A stretch of DNA of 64,000 nucleotides from the human T2T-CHM13v2.0 reference genome, Homo sapiens. The stretch is from NCBI RefSeq assembly GCF_009914755.1, contig NC_060925.1. One strand, written 5' to 3'. The position numbers and the translations under genes are program-made. Under the pieces are notes generated by a model, which was given only the letters and a program-made list of their open reading frames with translations, searched no databases and had not been told where the DNA came from. Shown here piece after piece: positions 13,028 to 26,644 of this stretch (positions are counted from its first letter, which is position 1; each line of letters opens with the position of its first letter).

Positions 13028-16000
13028 ATGAAATTGAAATGGATGGACTCATCATCGAATGGATTAATGGAATCATCGAATAAAATTGATTGAAATCATC
13101 ATCGAATGGAATCGAATGGTATCATTGAATGGAATCGAATGGAATCATCATCAGATGGAAATGAATGGAATCGTCATAGAATGGAATCGAATGGATTCAT
13201 TGAATGGAATCAGATGGAATCATCGAATGGACTGGAATGGAATCATTGAATGGACTCGAAAGGGATCATGATTGAATGGAATTGAATGGAATCATCGAAT
13301 GGTCTCGATTGGAATCATTATCAAATGGAATCGAATGGAATCACCGAATAGAATCGAATGGAACAATCATCGAATGGACTCAAATGGAATTATCCTCAAA
13401 TGGAATCGAATGGAATTATCGAATGCAATCGAATGGAATTATCGAATGCAATCGAATAGAATCATCGAATGGACTCGAATGGAATCATCGAATGGAATGG
13501 AATGGAACAGTCAATGAACTCGAATGGAATCATCATTGAATGGAATCGAATGGAATCATCGAGTGGAATCGAATGGAATTATGATCAAATGGAATCGAAT
13601 CTAATCATCATCAAATGGAATCAAAAATAACCATCATCAATTGGTATTGAATGGAATTGTCATCAAATGGAATTCAAAGGAATCATCATCAAATGGAACC
13701 GAATGGAATCCTCATTGAATGGAAATGAAAGGGGTCATCATCTAATGGAATCGCATGGAATCATCATCAAATGGAATCGAATGGAATCATCATCAAATGG
13801 AATCTAATGGAATCATTGAACAGAATTGAATGGAATCGTCATCGAATGAATTGAATGCAATCATCGAATGGTCTCGAATGGAATCATCTTCTAATGGAAA
13901 GGAATGGAATCATCGCATAGAATCGAATGGAATTATCATCGAATGGAATCGAATGGTATCAACACCAAACGGAAAAAAACGGAATTATCAAATGGAATCG
14001 AAGAGAATCTTCGAACGGACCCGAATGGAATCATCTAATGGAATGGAATGGAATAATCCATGGACTCGAATGCAATCATCATCGAATGGAATCGAATGGA
14101 ATCATCGAATGGACTCGAATGGAATAATCATTGAACGGAATCGAATGGAATCATCATCGGATGGAAACGAATGGAATCATCATCGAATGGAAATGAAAGG
14201 AGTCATCATCTAATGGAATTGCATGGAATCATCATAAAATGGAATCGAATGGAATCAACATCAAATGGAATCAAATGGAATCATTGAACGGAATTGAATG
14301 GAATCGTCATCGAATGAATTGACTGCAATCATCCAATGGTCTCGAATGGAATCATCTTCAAATGGAATGGAATGGAATCATCGCATAGAATCGAATGGAA
14401 TTATCATCGAATGGAATCGAATGGAATCAACATCAAACGGAAAAAAACGGAATTATCGAATGGAATCGAAGAGAATCATCGAATGGACCCGAATGGAATC
14501 ATCTAATGGAATGGAATGGAATAATCCATGGACTCGAATGCAATCATCATCGAATGGAATCGAATGGAATCATCGAATGGACTCGAATGGAATAATCATT
14601 GAACGGAATCGAATGGAATCATCATCGGATGGAAATGAATGGAATCATCATCGAATGGAATCGAATAGAATTATGGAATGAAATCCAGTGTGATCATCAT
14701 CGAATGGACCCGAATGGAATCATCATCCAACGGAAGCTAATGGAATCAACATCGAATGAATCAAATGGAAACACCATCGAATTGAAACGAATGGAATTAT
14801 CATGAAATTGAAATGGATGGACTCATCATCGAATGGATTCGAATGGAATCATCGAATAAAATTGATTGAAATCATCATCGAATGGAATCGAATGGTATCA
14901 TTGAATGGAATCGAATGGAATCATCATCAGATGGAAATGAATGGAATCGTCATAGAATGGAATCGAATGGATTCATTGAATGGAATCAGATGGAATCATC
15001 GAATGGACTGGAATGGAATCATTGAATGGACTCGAAAGGGATCATGATTGAATGGAATTGAATGGAATCATCGAATGGTCTCGATTGGAATCATTACCAA
15101 ATGGAATCGAATGGAATCACCGAATAGAATCGAATGGAACAATCATCGAATGGACTCAAATGGAATTATCCTCCAATGGAATGGAATGGAATTATCGAAT
15201 GCAATCGAATGGAATTATCGAATGCAATCGAATAGAATCATCGAATGGACTCGAATGGAATCATCGAATGGAATGGAATGGAACAGTCAATGAACTCGAA
15301 TGGAATCATCATTGAATGGAATCGAATGGAATCATCGAGTGGAATCGAATGGAATTATGATCAAATGGAATCGAATGTAATCATCATCAAATGGAATCAA
15401 AAATAACCATCATCAATTGGTATTGAATGGAATTGTCATCAAATGGAATTCAAAGGAATCATCATCAAATGGAACCGAATGGAATCCTCATTGAATGGAA
15501 ATGAAAGGGGTCATCATCTAATGGAATCGCATGGAATCATCATCAAATGGAATCGAATGGAATCACCATCAAATGGAATCTAATGGAATCATTGAACAGA
15601 ATTGAATGGAATCGTCATCGAATGAATTGAATGCAATCATCGAATGGTCTCGAATGGATTCATCTTCTAATGGAAAGGAATGGAATCATCGCATAGAATC
15701 GAATGGAATTATCATCGAATGGAATCGAATGGTATCAACACCAAACGGAAAAAAACGGAATTATCGAATGGAATCGAAGAGAATCTTCGAACGGACCCGA
15801 ATGGAATCATCTAATGGAATGGAATGGAATAATCCATGGACTCGAATGCAATCATCATCGAATGGAATCGAATGGAATCATCGAATGGACTCGAATGGAA
15901 TAATCATTGAACGGAATCGATTGGAATCATCATCGGATGGAAACGAATGGAATCATCATCGAATGGAAATGAAAGGAGTCATCATCTAATGGAATTGCAT

Positions 16001-16577
16001 GGAATCATCATAAAATGGAATCGAATGGAATCAACATCAAATGGAATCAAATGGAATCATTGAACGGAATTGAATGGAATCGTCATCGAATGAATTGACT
16101 GCAATCATCCAATGGTCTCGAATGGAATCATCTTCAAATGGAATGGAATGGAATCATCGCATAGAATCGAATGGAATTATCATCGAATGGAATCGAATGG
16201 AATCAACATCCAACGGAAAAAAACGGAATTATCGAATGGAATCGAAGAGAATCATCGAATGGACCCGAATGGAATCATGTAATGGAATGGAATGGAATAA
16301 TCCATGGACTCGAATGCAATCATCATCGAATGGAATCGAATGGAATCATCGAATGGACTCGAATGGAATAATCATTGAACGGAATCGAATGGAATCATCA
16401 TCGGATGGAAATGAATGGAATCATCATCGAATGGAATCGAATAGAATTATGGAATGAAATCCAGTGTGATCATCATCGAATGGACCCGAATGGAATCATC
16501 ATCCAACGGAAGCTAATGGAATCAACATCGAATGAATCAAATGGAAACACCATCGAATTGAAACGAATGGAATTATC

Positions 16578-18480
16578 ATGAAATTGAAATGGATGGACTC
16601 ATCATCGAATGGATTCGAATGGAATCATCGAATAAAATTGATTGAAATCATCATCGAATGGAATCGAATGGTATCATTGAATGGAATCGAATGGAATCAT
16701 CATCAGATGGAAATGAATGGAATCGTCATAGAATGGAATCGAATGGATTCATTGAATGGAATCAGATGGAATCATCGAATGGACTGGAATGGAATCATTG
16801 AATGGACTCGATAGGGATCATTATTGAATGGAATTGAATGGAATCATCGAATGGTCTCGATTGGAATCATTATCAAATGGAATCGAATGGAATCACCGAA
16901 TAGAATCGAATGGAACAATCATCGAATGGACTCAAATGGAATTATCCTCAAATGGAATCGAATGGAATTATCGAATGCAATCGAATGGAATTATCGAATG
17001 CAATCGAATAGAATCATCGAATGGACTCGAATGGAATCATCGAATAGAATGGAATGGAACAGTCAATGAACTCGAATGGAATCATCATTGAATGGAATCG
17101 AATGGAATCATCGAGTGGAATCGAATGGAATTATGATCAAATGGAATCGAATGTAATCATCATCAAATGGAATCAAAAATAACCATCATCAATTGGTATT
17201 GAATGGAATTGTCATCAAATGGAATTCAAAGGAATCATCATCAAATGGAACCGAATGGAATCCTCATTGAATGGAAATGAAAGGGGTCATCATCTAATGG
17301 AATCGCATGGAATCATCATAAAATGGAATCGAATGGAATCAACATCAAATGGAATCAAATGGAATCATTGAACGGAATTGAATGGAATCGTCATCGAATG
17401 AATTGGATGCAATCATCGAATGGTCTCGAATGGAATCTTCTTCAAATGGAATGGAATGGAATCATCGCATAGAATCGAATGGAATTATCATCGAATGGAA
17501 TCGAATGGAATCAACATCAAACGGAAAAAAACGGAATTATCGAATGGAATCGAAGAGAATCATCGAATGGACCCGAATGGAATCATCTAATGGAATGGAA
17601 TGGAATAATCCATGGACTCGAATGCAATCATCATCGAATGGAATCGAATGGAATCATCGAATGAACTCGAATGGAATCATCATTGAATGGAATCGAATGG
17701 AATCATCGAGTGGAATCGAATGGAATTATGATCAAATGGAATCGAATGTAATCATCATCAAATGGAATCAAAAATAACCATCATCAATTGGTATTCAATG
17801 GAATTGTCATCAAATGGAATTCAAAGGAATCATCATCAAATGGAACCGAATGGAATCCTCATTGAATGGAAATGAAAGGGGTCATCATCTAATGGAATCA
17901 CATGGAATCATCATCAAATGGAATCGAATGGAATCTTCATCAAATGGAATCTAATGGAATCATTGAACAGAATTGAATGGAATCGTCATCGAATGAATTG
18001 AATGCAATCATCGAATGGTCTCGAATGGAATCATCTTCTAATGGAAAGGAATGGAAACATCGCATAGAATCGAATGGAATTATCATCGAATGGAATCGAA
18101 TGGTATCAACATCAAACGGAAAAAAACGGAATTATCGAAAGGAATCGAAGAGAATCTTCGAACGGACCCGAATGGAATCATCTAATGGAATGGAATGGAA
18201 TAATCCATGGACTCGAATGCAATCATCATCGAATGGAATCGAATGGAATCATCGAATGGACTCGAATGGAATAATCATTGAACGGAATCGAATGGAATCA
18301 TCATCGGATGGAAATGAATGGAATCATCATCGAATGGAATCGAATAGAATTATGGAATGAAATCCAGTGTGATCATCATCGAATGGACCCGAATGGAATC
18401 ATCATCCAACAGAAGCTAATGGAATCAACATCGAATGAATCGAATGGAAACACCATCGAATTCAAACGAATGGAATTACC
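16578..18480 (+). repeat. Variant unit, 1,903 bp (the 2,371-bp variant minus one 468-bp copy)
   Basis: Pre-A sequence (GGGGTC...ATCGCATGG) runs into pre-B sequence (ATCATAAAATGG) at ~17305-17320. It has the same 1063-bp jump junction at ~17660-17664 and an A/B hybrid at 17977. Confidence 0.88.
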
Positions 18481-20848
18481 ATGAAATTGAAATGGATGGA
18501 CTCATCATCGAATGGATTCGGATGGAATCATCGAATAAAATTGATTGAAATCATCATCGAATGAAATCGAATGGTATCATTGAATGGAATCGAATGGAAT
18601 CATCATCAGATGGAAATGAATGGAATCGTCATAGAATGGAATCGAATGGATTCATTGAATGGAATCAGATGGAATCATCGAATGGACTGGAATGGAATCA
18701 TTGAATGGACTCGAAAGGGATCATGATTGAATGGAATTGAATGGAATCATCGAATGGTCTCGATTGGAATCATTATTAAATGGAATCGAATGGAATCACC
18801 GAATAGAATCGAATGGAACAATCATCGAATGGACTCAAATGGAATTATCCTTAAATGGAATCGAATGGAATTATCGAATGCAATCGAATAGAATCATCGA
18901 ATGGACTCGAATGGAATCATCGAATGGAATGGAATGGAACAGTCAATGAACTCGAATGGAATCATCATTGAATGGAATCGAATGGAATCATCGAGTGGAA
19001 TCGAATGGAATTATGATCAAATGGAATCGAATCTAATCATCATCAAATGGAATCAAAAATAACCATCATCAATTGGTATTGAATGGAATTGTCATCAAAT
19101 GGAATTCAAAGGAATCATCATCAAATGGAACCGAATGGAATCCTCATTGAATGGAAATGAAAGGGGTCATCATCTAATGGAATCGCATGGAATCATCATC
19201 AAATGGAATCGAATGGAATCATCATCAAATGGAATCTAATGGAATCATTGAACAGAATTGAATGGAATCGTCATCGAATGAATTGAATGCAATCATCGAA
19301 TGGTCTCGAATGGAATCATCTTCTAATGGAAAGGAATGGAATCATCGCTTAGAATCGAATGGAATTATCATCGAATGGAATCGAATGGTATCAACACCAA
19401 ACGGAAAAAAACGGAATTATCGAATGGAATCGAAGAGAATCTTCGAACGGACCCGAATGGAATCATCTAATGGAATGGAATGGAATAATCCATGGACTCG
19501 AATGCAATCATCATCGAATGGAATCGAATGGAATCATCGAATGGACTCGAATGGAATAATCATTGAACGGAATCGAATGGAATCATCATCGGATGGAAAC
19601 GAATGGAATCATCATCGAATGGAAATGAAAGGAGTCATCATCTAATGGAATTGCATGGAATCATCATAAAATGGAATCGAATGGAATCAACATCAAATGG
19701 AATCAAATGGAATCATTGAACGGAATTGAATGGAATCGTCATCGAATGAATTGACTGCAATCATCGAATGGTCTCGAATGTAATCACATTCTAATGGAAA
19801 GGAATGGAATCATTGCATAGAATCGAATGGAATTAACATTGAATGGACTCGAATGGAATCAACATCAAACGGAATCAAGCGGAATTATCGAATGGAATCG
19901 AAGAGAATCATCGAATGGTCTCGAATGGAATCATCTTCTAATGGAAAGGAATGGAATCATCGCATAGAATCGAATGGAATTAACATTGAATGGACTCGAA
20001 TGGAATCAACATCAAATGGAATCAAGCGGAATTATCGAATGAAATCGAAGAGAATCATCGAATGGACTCGAATGGAATCATCTAATGGAATGGAATGGAA
20101 TAATCCACGGACTCGAATGCAATCATCATCGTATAGAATCGAATGGAATCATCGAATGGACTCGAATGGAATAATCATTGAACGGAAGCGAATGGAATCA
20201 TCATCGGATGGAAACGAATGGAATCATCATCGAATGGAAATGAAAGGAGTCATCATCTAATGGAATTGCATGGAATCATCATAAAATGGAATCGAATGGA
20301 ATCAAAATCAAATGGAATCAAATGGAATCATTGAACGGAATTGAATGGAATCGTCATCGAATGAATTGACTGCAATCATCGAATGGTCTCGAATGGAATC
20401 ATCTTCAAATGGAATGGAATGGAATCATCGCATAGAATCGAATGGAATTATCATCGAATGGAATCGAATGGAATCAACATCAAACGGAAAAAAACGGAAT
20501 TATCGAATGGAATCGAAGAGAATCATCGAATGGACCCGAATGGAATCATCTAATGGAATGGAATGGAATAATCCATGGACTCGAATGCAATCATCATCGA
20601 ATGGAATCGAATGGAATCATCGAATGGACTCGAATGGAATAATCATTGAACGGAATCGAATGGAATCATCATCGGATGGAAATGAATGGAATCATCATCG
20701 AATGGAATCGAATAGAATTATGGAATGAAATCCAGTGTGATCATCATCGAATGGACCCGAATGGAATCATCATCCAACGGAAGCTAATGGAATCAACATC
20801 GAATGAATCGAATGGAAACACCATCGAATTGAAACGAATGGAATTATC
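18481..20848 (+). repeat. Second copy of the 2,368-bp variant unit
   Basis: Same 23-bp deletion (~18865), same 615-bp module (19730-20344) and shared private SNVs (ATTCGGATGG, GAATGAAATC, CATTATTAAA, CGCTTAG) at offset 16,054 from 2427-4794. Confidence 0.9.
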
Positions 20849-23800
20849 ATGAAATTGAAATGGATGGACTCATCATCGGATGGATTCGAATGGAATCATC
20901 GAATAAAATTGATTGAAATCATCATCCAATGGAATCGAATGGTATCATTGAATGGAATCGAATGGAATCATCATCAGATGGAAATGAATGGAATCGTCAT
21001 AGAATGGAATCGAATGGATTCATTGAATGGAATCAGATGGAATCATCGAATGGACTGGAATGGAATCATTGAATGGACTCGAAAGGGATCATGATTGAAT
21101 GGAATTGAATGGAATCATCGAATGGTCTCGATTGGAATCATTATCAAATGGAATCGAATGGAATCACCGAATAGAATCGAATGGAACAATCATCGAATGG
21201 ACTCAAATGGAATTATCCTCCAATGGAATCGAATGGAATTATCGAATGCAATCGAATGGAATTATCGAATGCAATCGAATAGAATCATCGAATGGACTCG
21301 AATGGAATCATCGAATGGAATGGAATGGAACAGTCAATGAACTCGAATGGAATCATCATTGAATGGAATCGAATGGAATCATCGAGTGGAATCGAATGGA
21401 ATTATGATCAAATGCAATCGAATGTAATCCTCATCAAATGGAATCAAAAATAACCATCATCAATTGGTATTGAATGGAATTGTCATCAAATGGAATTCAA
21501 AGGAATCATCATCAAATGGAACCGAATGGAATCCTCATTGAATGGAAATGAAAGTGGTCATCATCTAATGGAATCGCATGGAATCATCATCAAATGGAAT
21601 CGAATGGAATCATCATCAAATGGAATCTAATGGAATCATTGAACAGAATTGAATGGAATCGTCATCGAATGAATTGAATGCAATCATCGAATGGTCTCGA
21701 ATGGAATCATCTTCTAATGGAAAGGAATGGAATCATCGCATAGAATCGATTGGAATTATCATCGAATGGAATCGAATGGTATCAACACCAAACGGAAAAA
21801 AACGGAATTATCGAATGGAATCGAAGAGAATCTTCGAACGGACCCGAATGGAATCATCTAATGGAATGGAATGGAATAATCCATGGACTCGAATGCAATC
21901 ATCATCGAATGGAATCGAATGGAATCATCGAATGGACTCGAATGGAATAATCATTGAACGGAATCGAATGGAATCATCATCGGATGGAAACGAATGGAAT
22001 CATCATCGAATGGAAATGAAAGGAGTCATCATCTAATGGAATTGCATGGAATCATCATAAAATGGAATCGAATGGAATCAACATCAAATGGAATCAAATG
22101 GAATCATTGAACGGAATTGAATGGAATCGTCATCGAATGAATTGACTGCAATCATCCAATGGTCTCGAATGGAATCATCTTCAAATGGAATGGAATGGAA
22201 TCATCGCATAGAATCGAATGGAATTATCATCGAATGGAATCGAATGGAATCAACATCAAACGGAAAAAAACAGAATTATCGAATGGAATCGAAGAGAATC
22301 ATCGAATGGACCCGAATGGAATCATCTAATGGAATGGAATGGAATAATCCATGGACTCGAATGCAATCATCATCGAATGGAATCGAATGGAATCATCGAA
22401 TGGACTCGAATGGAATAATCATTGAACGGAATCGAATGGAATCATCATCGGATGGAAATGAATGGAATCATCATCGAATGGAATCGAATAGAATTATGGA
22501 ATGAAATCCAGTGTGATCATCATCGAATGGACCCGAATGGAATCATCATCCAACGGAAGCTAATGGAATCAACATCGAATGAATCAAATGGAAACACCAT
22601 CGAATTGAAACGAATGGAATTATCATGAAATTGAAATGGATGGACTCATCATCGAATGGATTCGAATGGAATCATCGAATAAAATTGATTGAAATCATCA
22701 TCGAATGGAATCGAATGGTATCATTGAATGGAATCGAATGGAATCATCATCAGATGGAAATGAATGGAATCGTCATAGAATGGAATCGAATGGATTCATT
22801 GAATGGAATCAGATGGAATCATCGAATGGACTGGAATGGAATCATTGAATGGACTCGAAAGGGATCATTATTGAATGGAATTGAATGGAATCATCGAATG
22901 GTCTCGATTGGAATCATTATCAAATGGAATCGAATGGAATCACCGAATAGAATCGAATGGAACAATCATCGAATGGACTCAAATGGAATTATCCTCCAAT
23001 GGAATGGAATGGAATTATCGAATGCAATCGAATGGAATTATCGAATGCAATCGAATAGAATCATCGAATGGACTCGAATGGAATCATCGAATGGAATGGA
23101 ATGGAACAGTCAATGAACTCGAATGGAATCATCATTGAATGGAATCGAATGGAATCATCGAGTGGAATCGAATGGAATTATGATCAAATGGAATCGAATG
23201 TAATCATCATCAAATGGAATCAAAAATAACCATCATCAATTGGTATTGAATGGAATTGTCATCAAATGGAATTCAAAGGAATCATCATCAAATGGAACCG
23301 AATGGAATCCTCATTGAATGGAAATGAAAGGGGTCATCATCTAATGGAATCGCATGGAATCATCATCAAATGGAATCGAATGGAATCACCATCAAATGGA
23401 ATCTAATGGAATCATTGAACAGAATTGAATGGAATCGTCATCGAATGAATTGAATGCAATCATCGAATGGTCTCGAATGGATTCATCTTCTAATGAAAAG
23501 GAATGGAATCATCGCATAGAATCGAATGGAATTATCATCGAATGGAATCGAATGGTATCAACACCAAACGGAAAAAAACGGAATTATCGAATGGAATCGA
23601 AGAGAATCTTCGAACGGACCCGAATGGAATCATCTAATGGAATGGAATGGAATAATCCATGGACTCGAATGCAATCATCATCGAATGGAATCGAATGGAA
23701 TCATCGAATGGACTCGAATGGAATAATCATTGAACGGAATCGATTGGAATCATCATCGGATGGAAACGAATGGAATCATCATCGAATGGAAATGAAAGGA

Positions 23801-24400
23801 GTCATCATCTAATGGAATTGCATGGAATCATCATAAAATGGAATCGAATGGAATCAACATCAAATGGAATCAAATGGAATCATTGAACGGAATTGAATGG
23901 AATCGTCATCGAATGAATTGACTGCAATCATCCAATGGTCTCGAATGGAATCATCTTCAAATGGAATGGAATGGAATCATCGCATAGAATCGAATGGAAT
24001 TATCATCGAATGGAATCGAATGGAATCAACATCAAACGGAAAAAAACGGAATTATCGAATGGAATCGAAGAGAATCATCGAATGGACCCGAATGGAATCA
24101 TCTAATGGAATGGAATGGAATAATCCATGGACTCGAATGCAATCATCATCGAATGGAATCGAATGGAATCATCGAATGGACTCGAATGGAATAATCATTG
24201 AACGGAATCGAATGGAATCATCATCGGATGGAAATGAATGGAATCATCATCGAATGGAATCGAATAGAATTATGGAATGAAATCCAGTGTGATCATCATC
24301 GAATGGACCCGAATGGAATCATCATCCAACGGAAGCTAATGGAATCAACATCGAATGAATCAAATGGAAACACCATCGAATTGAAACGAATGGAATTATC

Positions 24401-26644
24401 ATGAAATTGAAATGGATGGACTCATCATCGAATGGATTCGAATGGAATCATCGAATAAAATTGATTGAAATCATCATCGAATGGAATCGAATGGTATCAT
24501 TGAATGGAATCGAATGGAATCATCATCAGATGGAAATGAATGGAATCGTCATAGAATGGAATCGAATGGATTCATTGAATGGAATCAGATGGAATCATCG
24601 AATGGACTGGAATGGAATCATTGAATGGACTCGAAAGGGATCATGATTGAATGGAATTGAATGGAATCATCGAATGGTCTCGATTGGAATCATTATCAAA
24701 TGGAATCGAATGGAATCACCGAATAGAATCGAATGGAACAATCATCGAATGGACTCAAATGGAATTATCCTCCAATGGAATGGAATGGAATTATCGAATG
24801 CAATCGAATGGAATTATCGAATGCAATCGAATAGAATCATCGAATGGACTCGAATGGAATCATCGAATGGAATGGAATGGAACAGTCAATGAACTCGAAT
24901 GGAATCATCATTGAATGGAATCGAATGGAATCATCGAGTGGAATCGAATGGAATTATGATCAAATGGAATCGAATGTAATCATCATCAAATGGAATCAAA
25001 AATAACCATCATCAATTGGTATTGAATGGAATTGTCATCAAATGGAATTCAAAGGAATCATCATCAAATGGAACCGAATGGAATCCTCATTGAATGGAAA
25101 TGAAAGGGGTCATCATCTAATGGAATCGCATGGAATCATCATCAAATGGAATCGAATGGAATCACCATCAAATGGAATCTAATGGAATCATTGAACAGAA
25201 TTGAATGGAATCGTCATCGAATGAATTGAATGCAATCATCGAATGGTCTCGAATGGATTCATCTTCTAATGAAAAGGAATGGAATCATCGCATAGAATCG
25301 AATGGAATTATCATCGAATGGAATCGAATGGTATCAACACCAAACGGAAAAAAACGGAATTATCGAATGGAATCGAAGAGAATCTTCGAACGGACCCGAA
25401 TGGAATCATCTAATGGAATGGAATGGAATAATCCATGGACTCGAATGCAATCATCATCGAATGGAATCGAATGGAATCATCGAATGGACTCGAATGGAAT
25501 AATCATTGAACGGAATCGATTGGAATCATCATCGGATGGAAACGAATGGAATCATCATCGAATGGAAATGAAAGGAGTCATCATCTAATGGAATTGCATG
25601 GAATCATCATAAAATGGAATCGAATGGAATCAACATCAAATGGAATCAAATGGAATCATTGAACGGAATTGAATGGAATCGTCATCGAATGAATTGACTG
25701 CAATCATCCAATGGTCTCGAATGGAATCATCTTCAAATGGAATGGAATGGAATCATCGCATAGAATCGAATGGAATTATCATCGAATGGAATCGAATGGA
25801 ATCAACATCCAACGGAAAAAAACGGAATTATCGAATGGAATTGAAGAGAATCATCGAATGGACCCGAATGGAATCATGTAATGGAATGGAATGGAATAAT
25901 CCATGGACTCGAATGCAATCATCATCGAATGGAATCGAATGGAATCATCGAATGGACTCGAATGGAATAATCATTGAACGGAATCGAATGGAATCATCAT
26001 CGGATGGAAATGAATGGAATCATCATCGAATGGAAATGAAAGGAGTCATCATCTAATGGAATTGCATGGAATCATCATAAAATGGAATCGAATGGAATCA
26101 ACATCAAATGGAATCAAATGGAATCATTGAACGGAATTGAATGGAATCGTCATCGAATGAATTGACTGCAATCATCGAATGGTCTCGAATGGAATCATCT
26201 TCAAATGGAATGGAATGGAATCATCGCATAGAATCGAATGGAATTATCATCGAATGGAATCGAATGGAATCAACATCAAATGGAAAAAAACGGAATTATC
26301 GAATGGAATCGAAGAGAATCATCGAATGGACCCGAATGGAATCATCTAATGGAATGGAATGGAATAATCCATGGACTCGAATGCAATCATCATCGAATGG
26401 AATCGAATGGAATCATCGAATGGACTCGAATGGAATAATCATTGAACGGAATCGAATGGAATCATCATCGGATGGAAATGAATGGAATCATCATCGAATG
26501 GAATCGAATAGAATTATGGAATGAAATCCAGTGTGATCATCATCGAATGGACCCGAATGGAATCATCATCCAACGGAAGCTAATGGAATCAACATCGAAT
26601 GAATCGAATGGAACCACCATCGAATTGAAACGAATGGAATTATC
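24401..26644 (+). repeat. Variant unit, 2,244 bp with three 468-bp copies
   Basis: 127-aa pseudo-ORFs at 25205 (A), 25673 (B-type start, A-type end MEMKGVII) and 26141 (B), each 468 apart. Confidence 0.92.
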
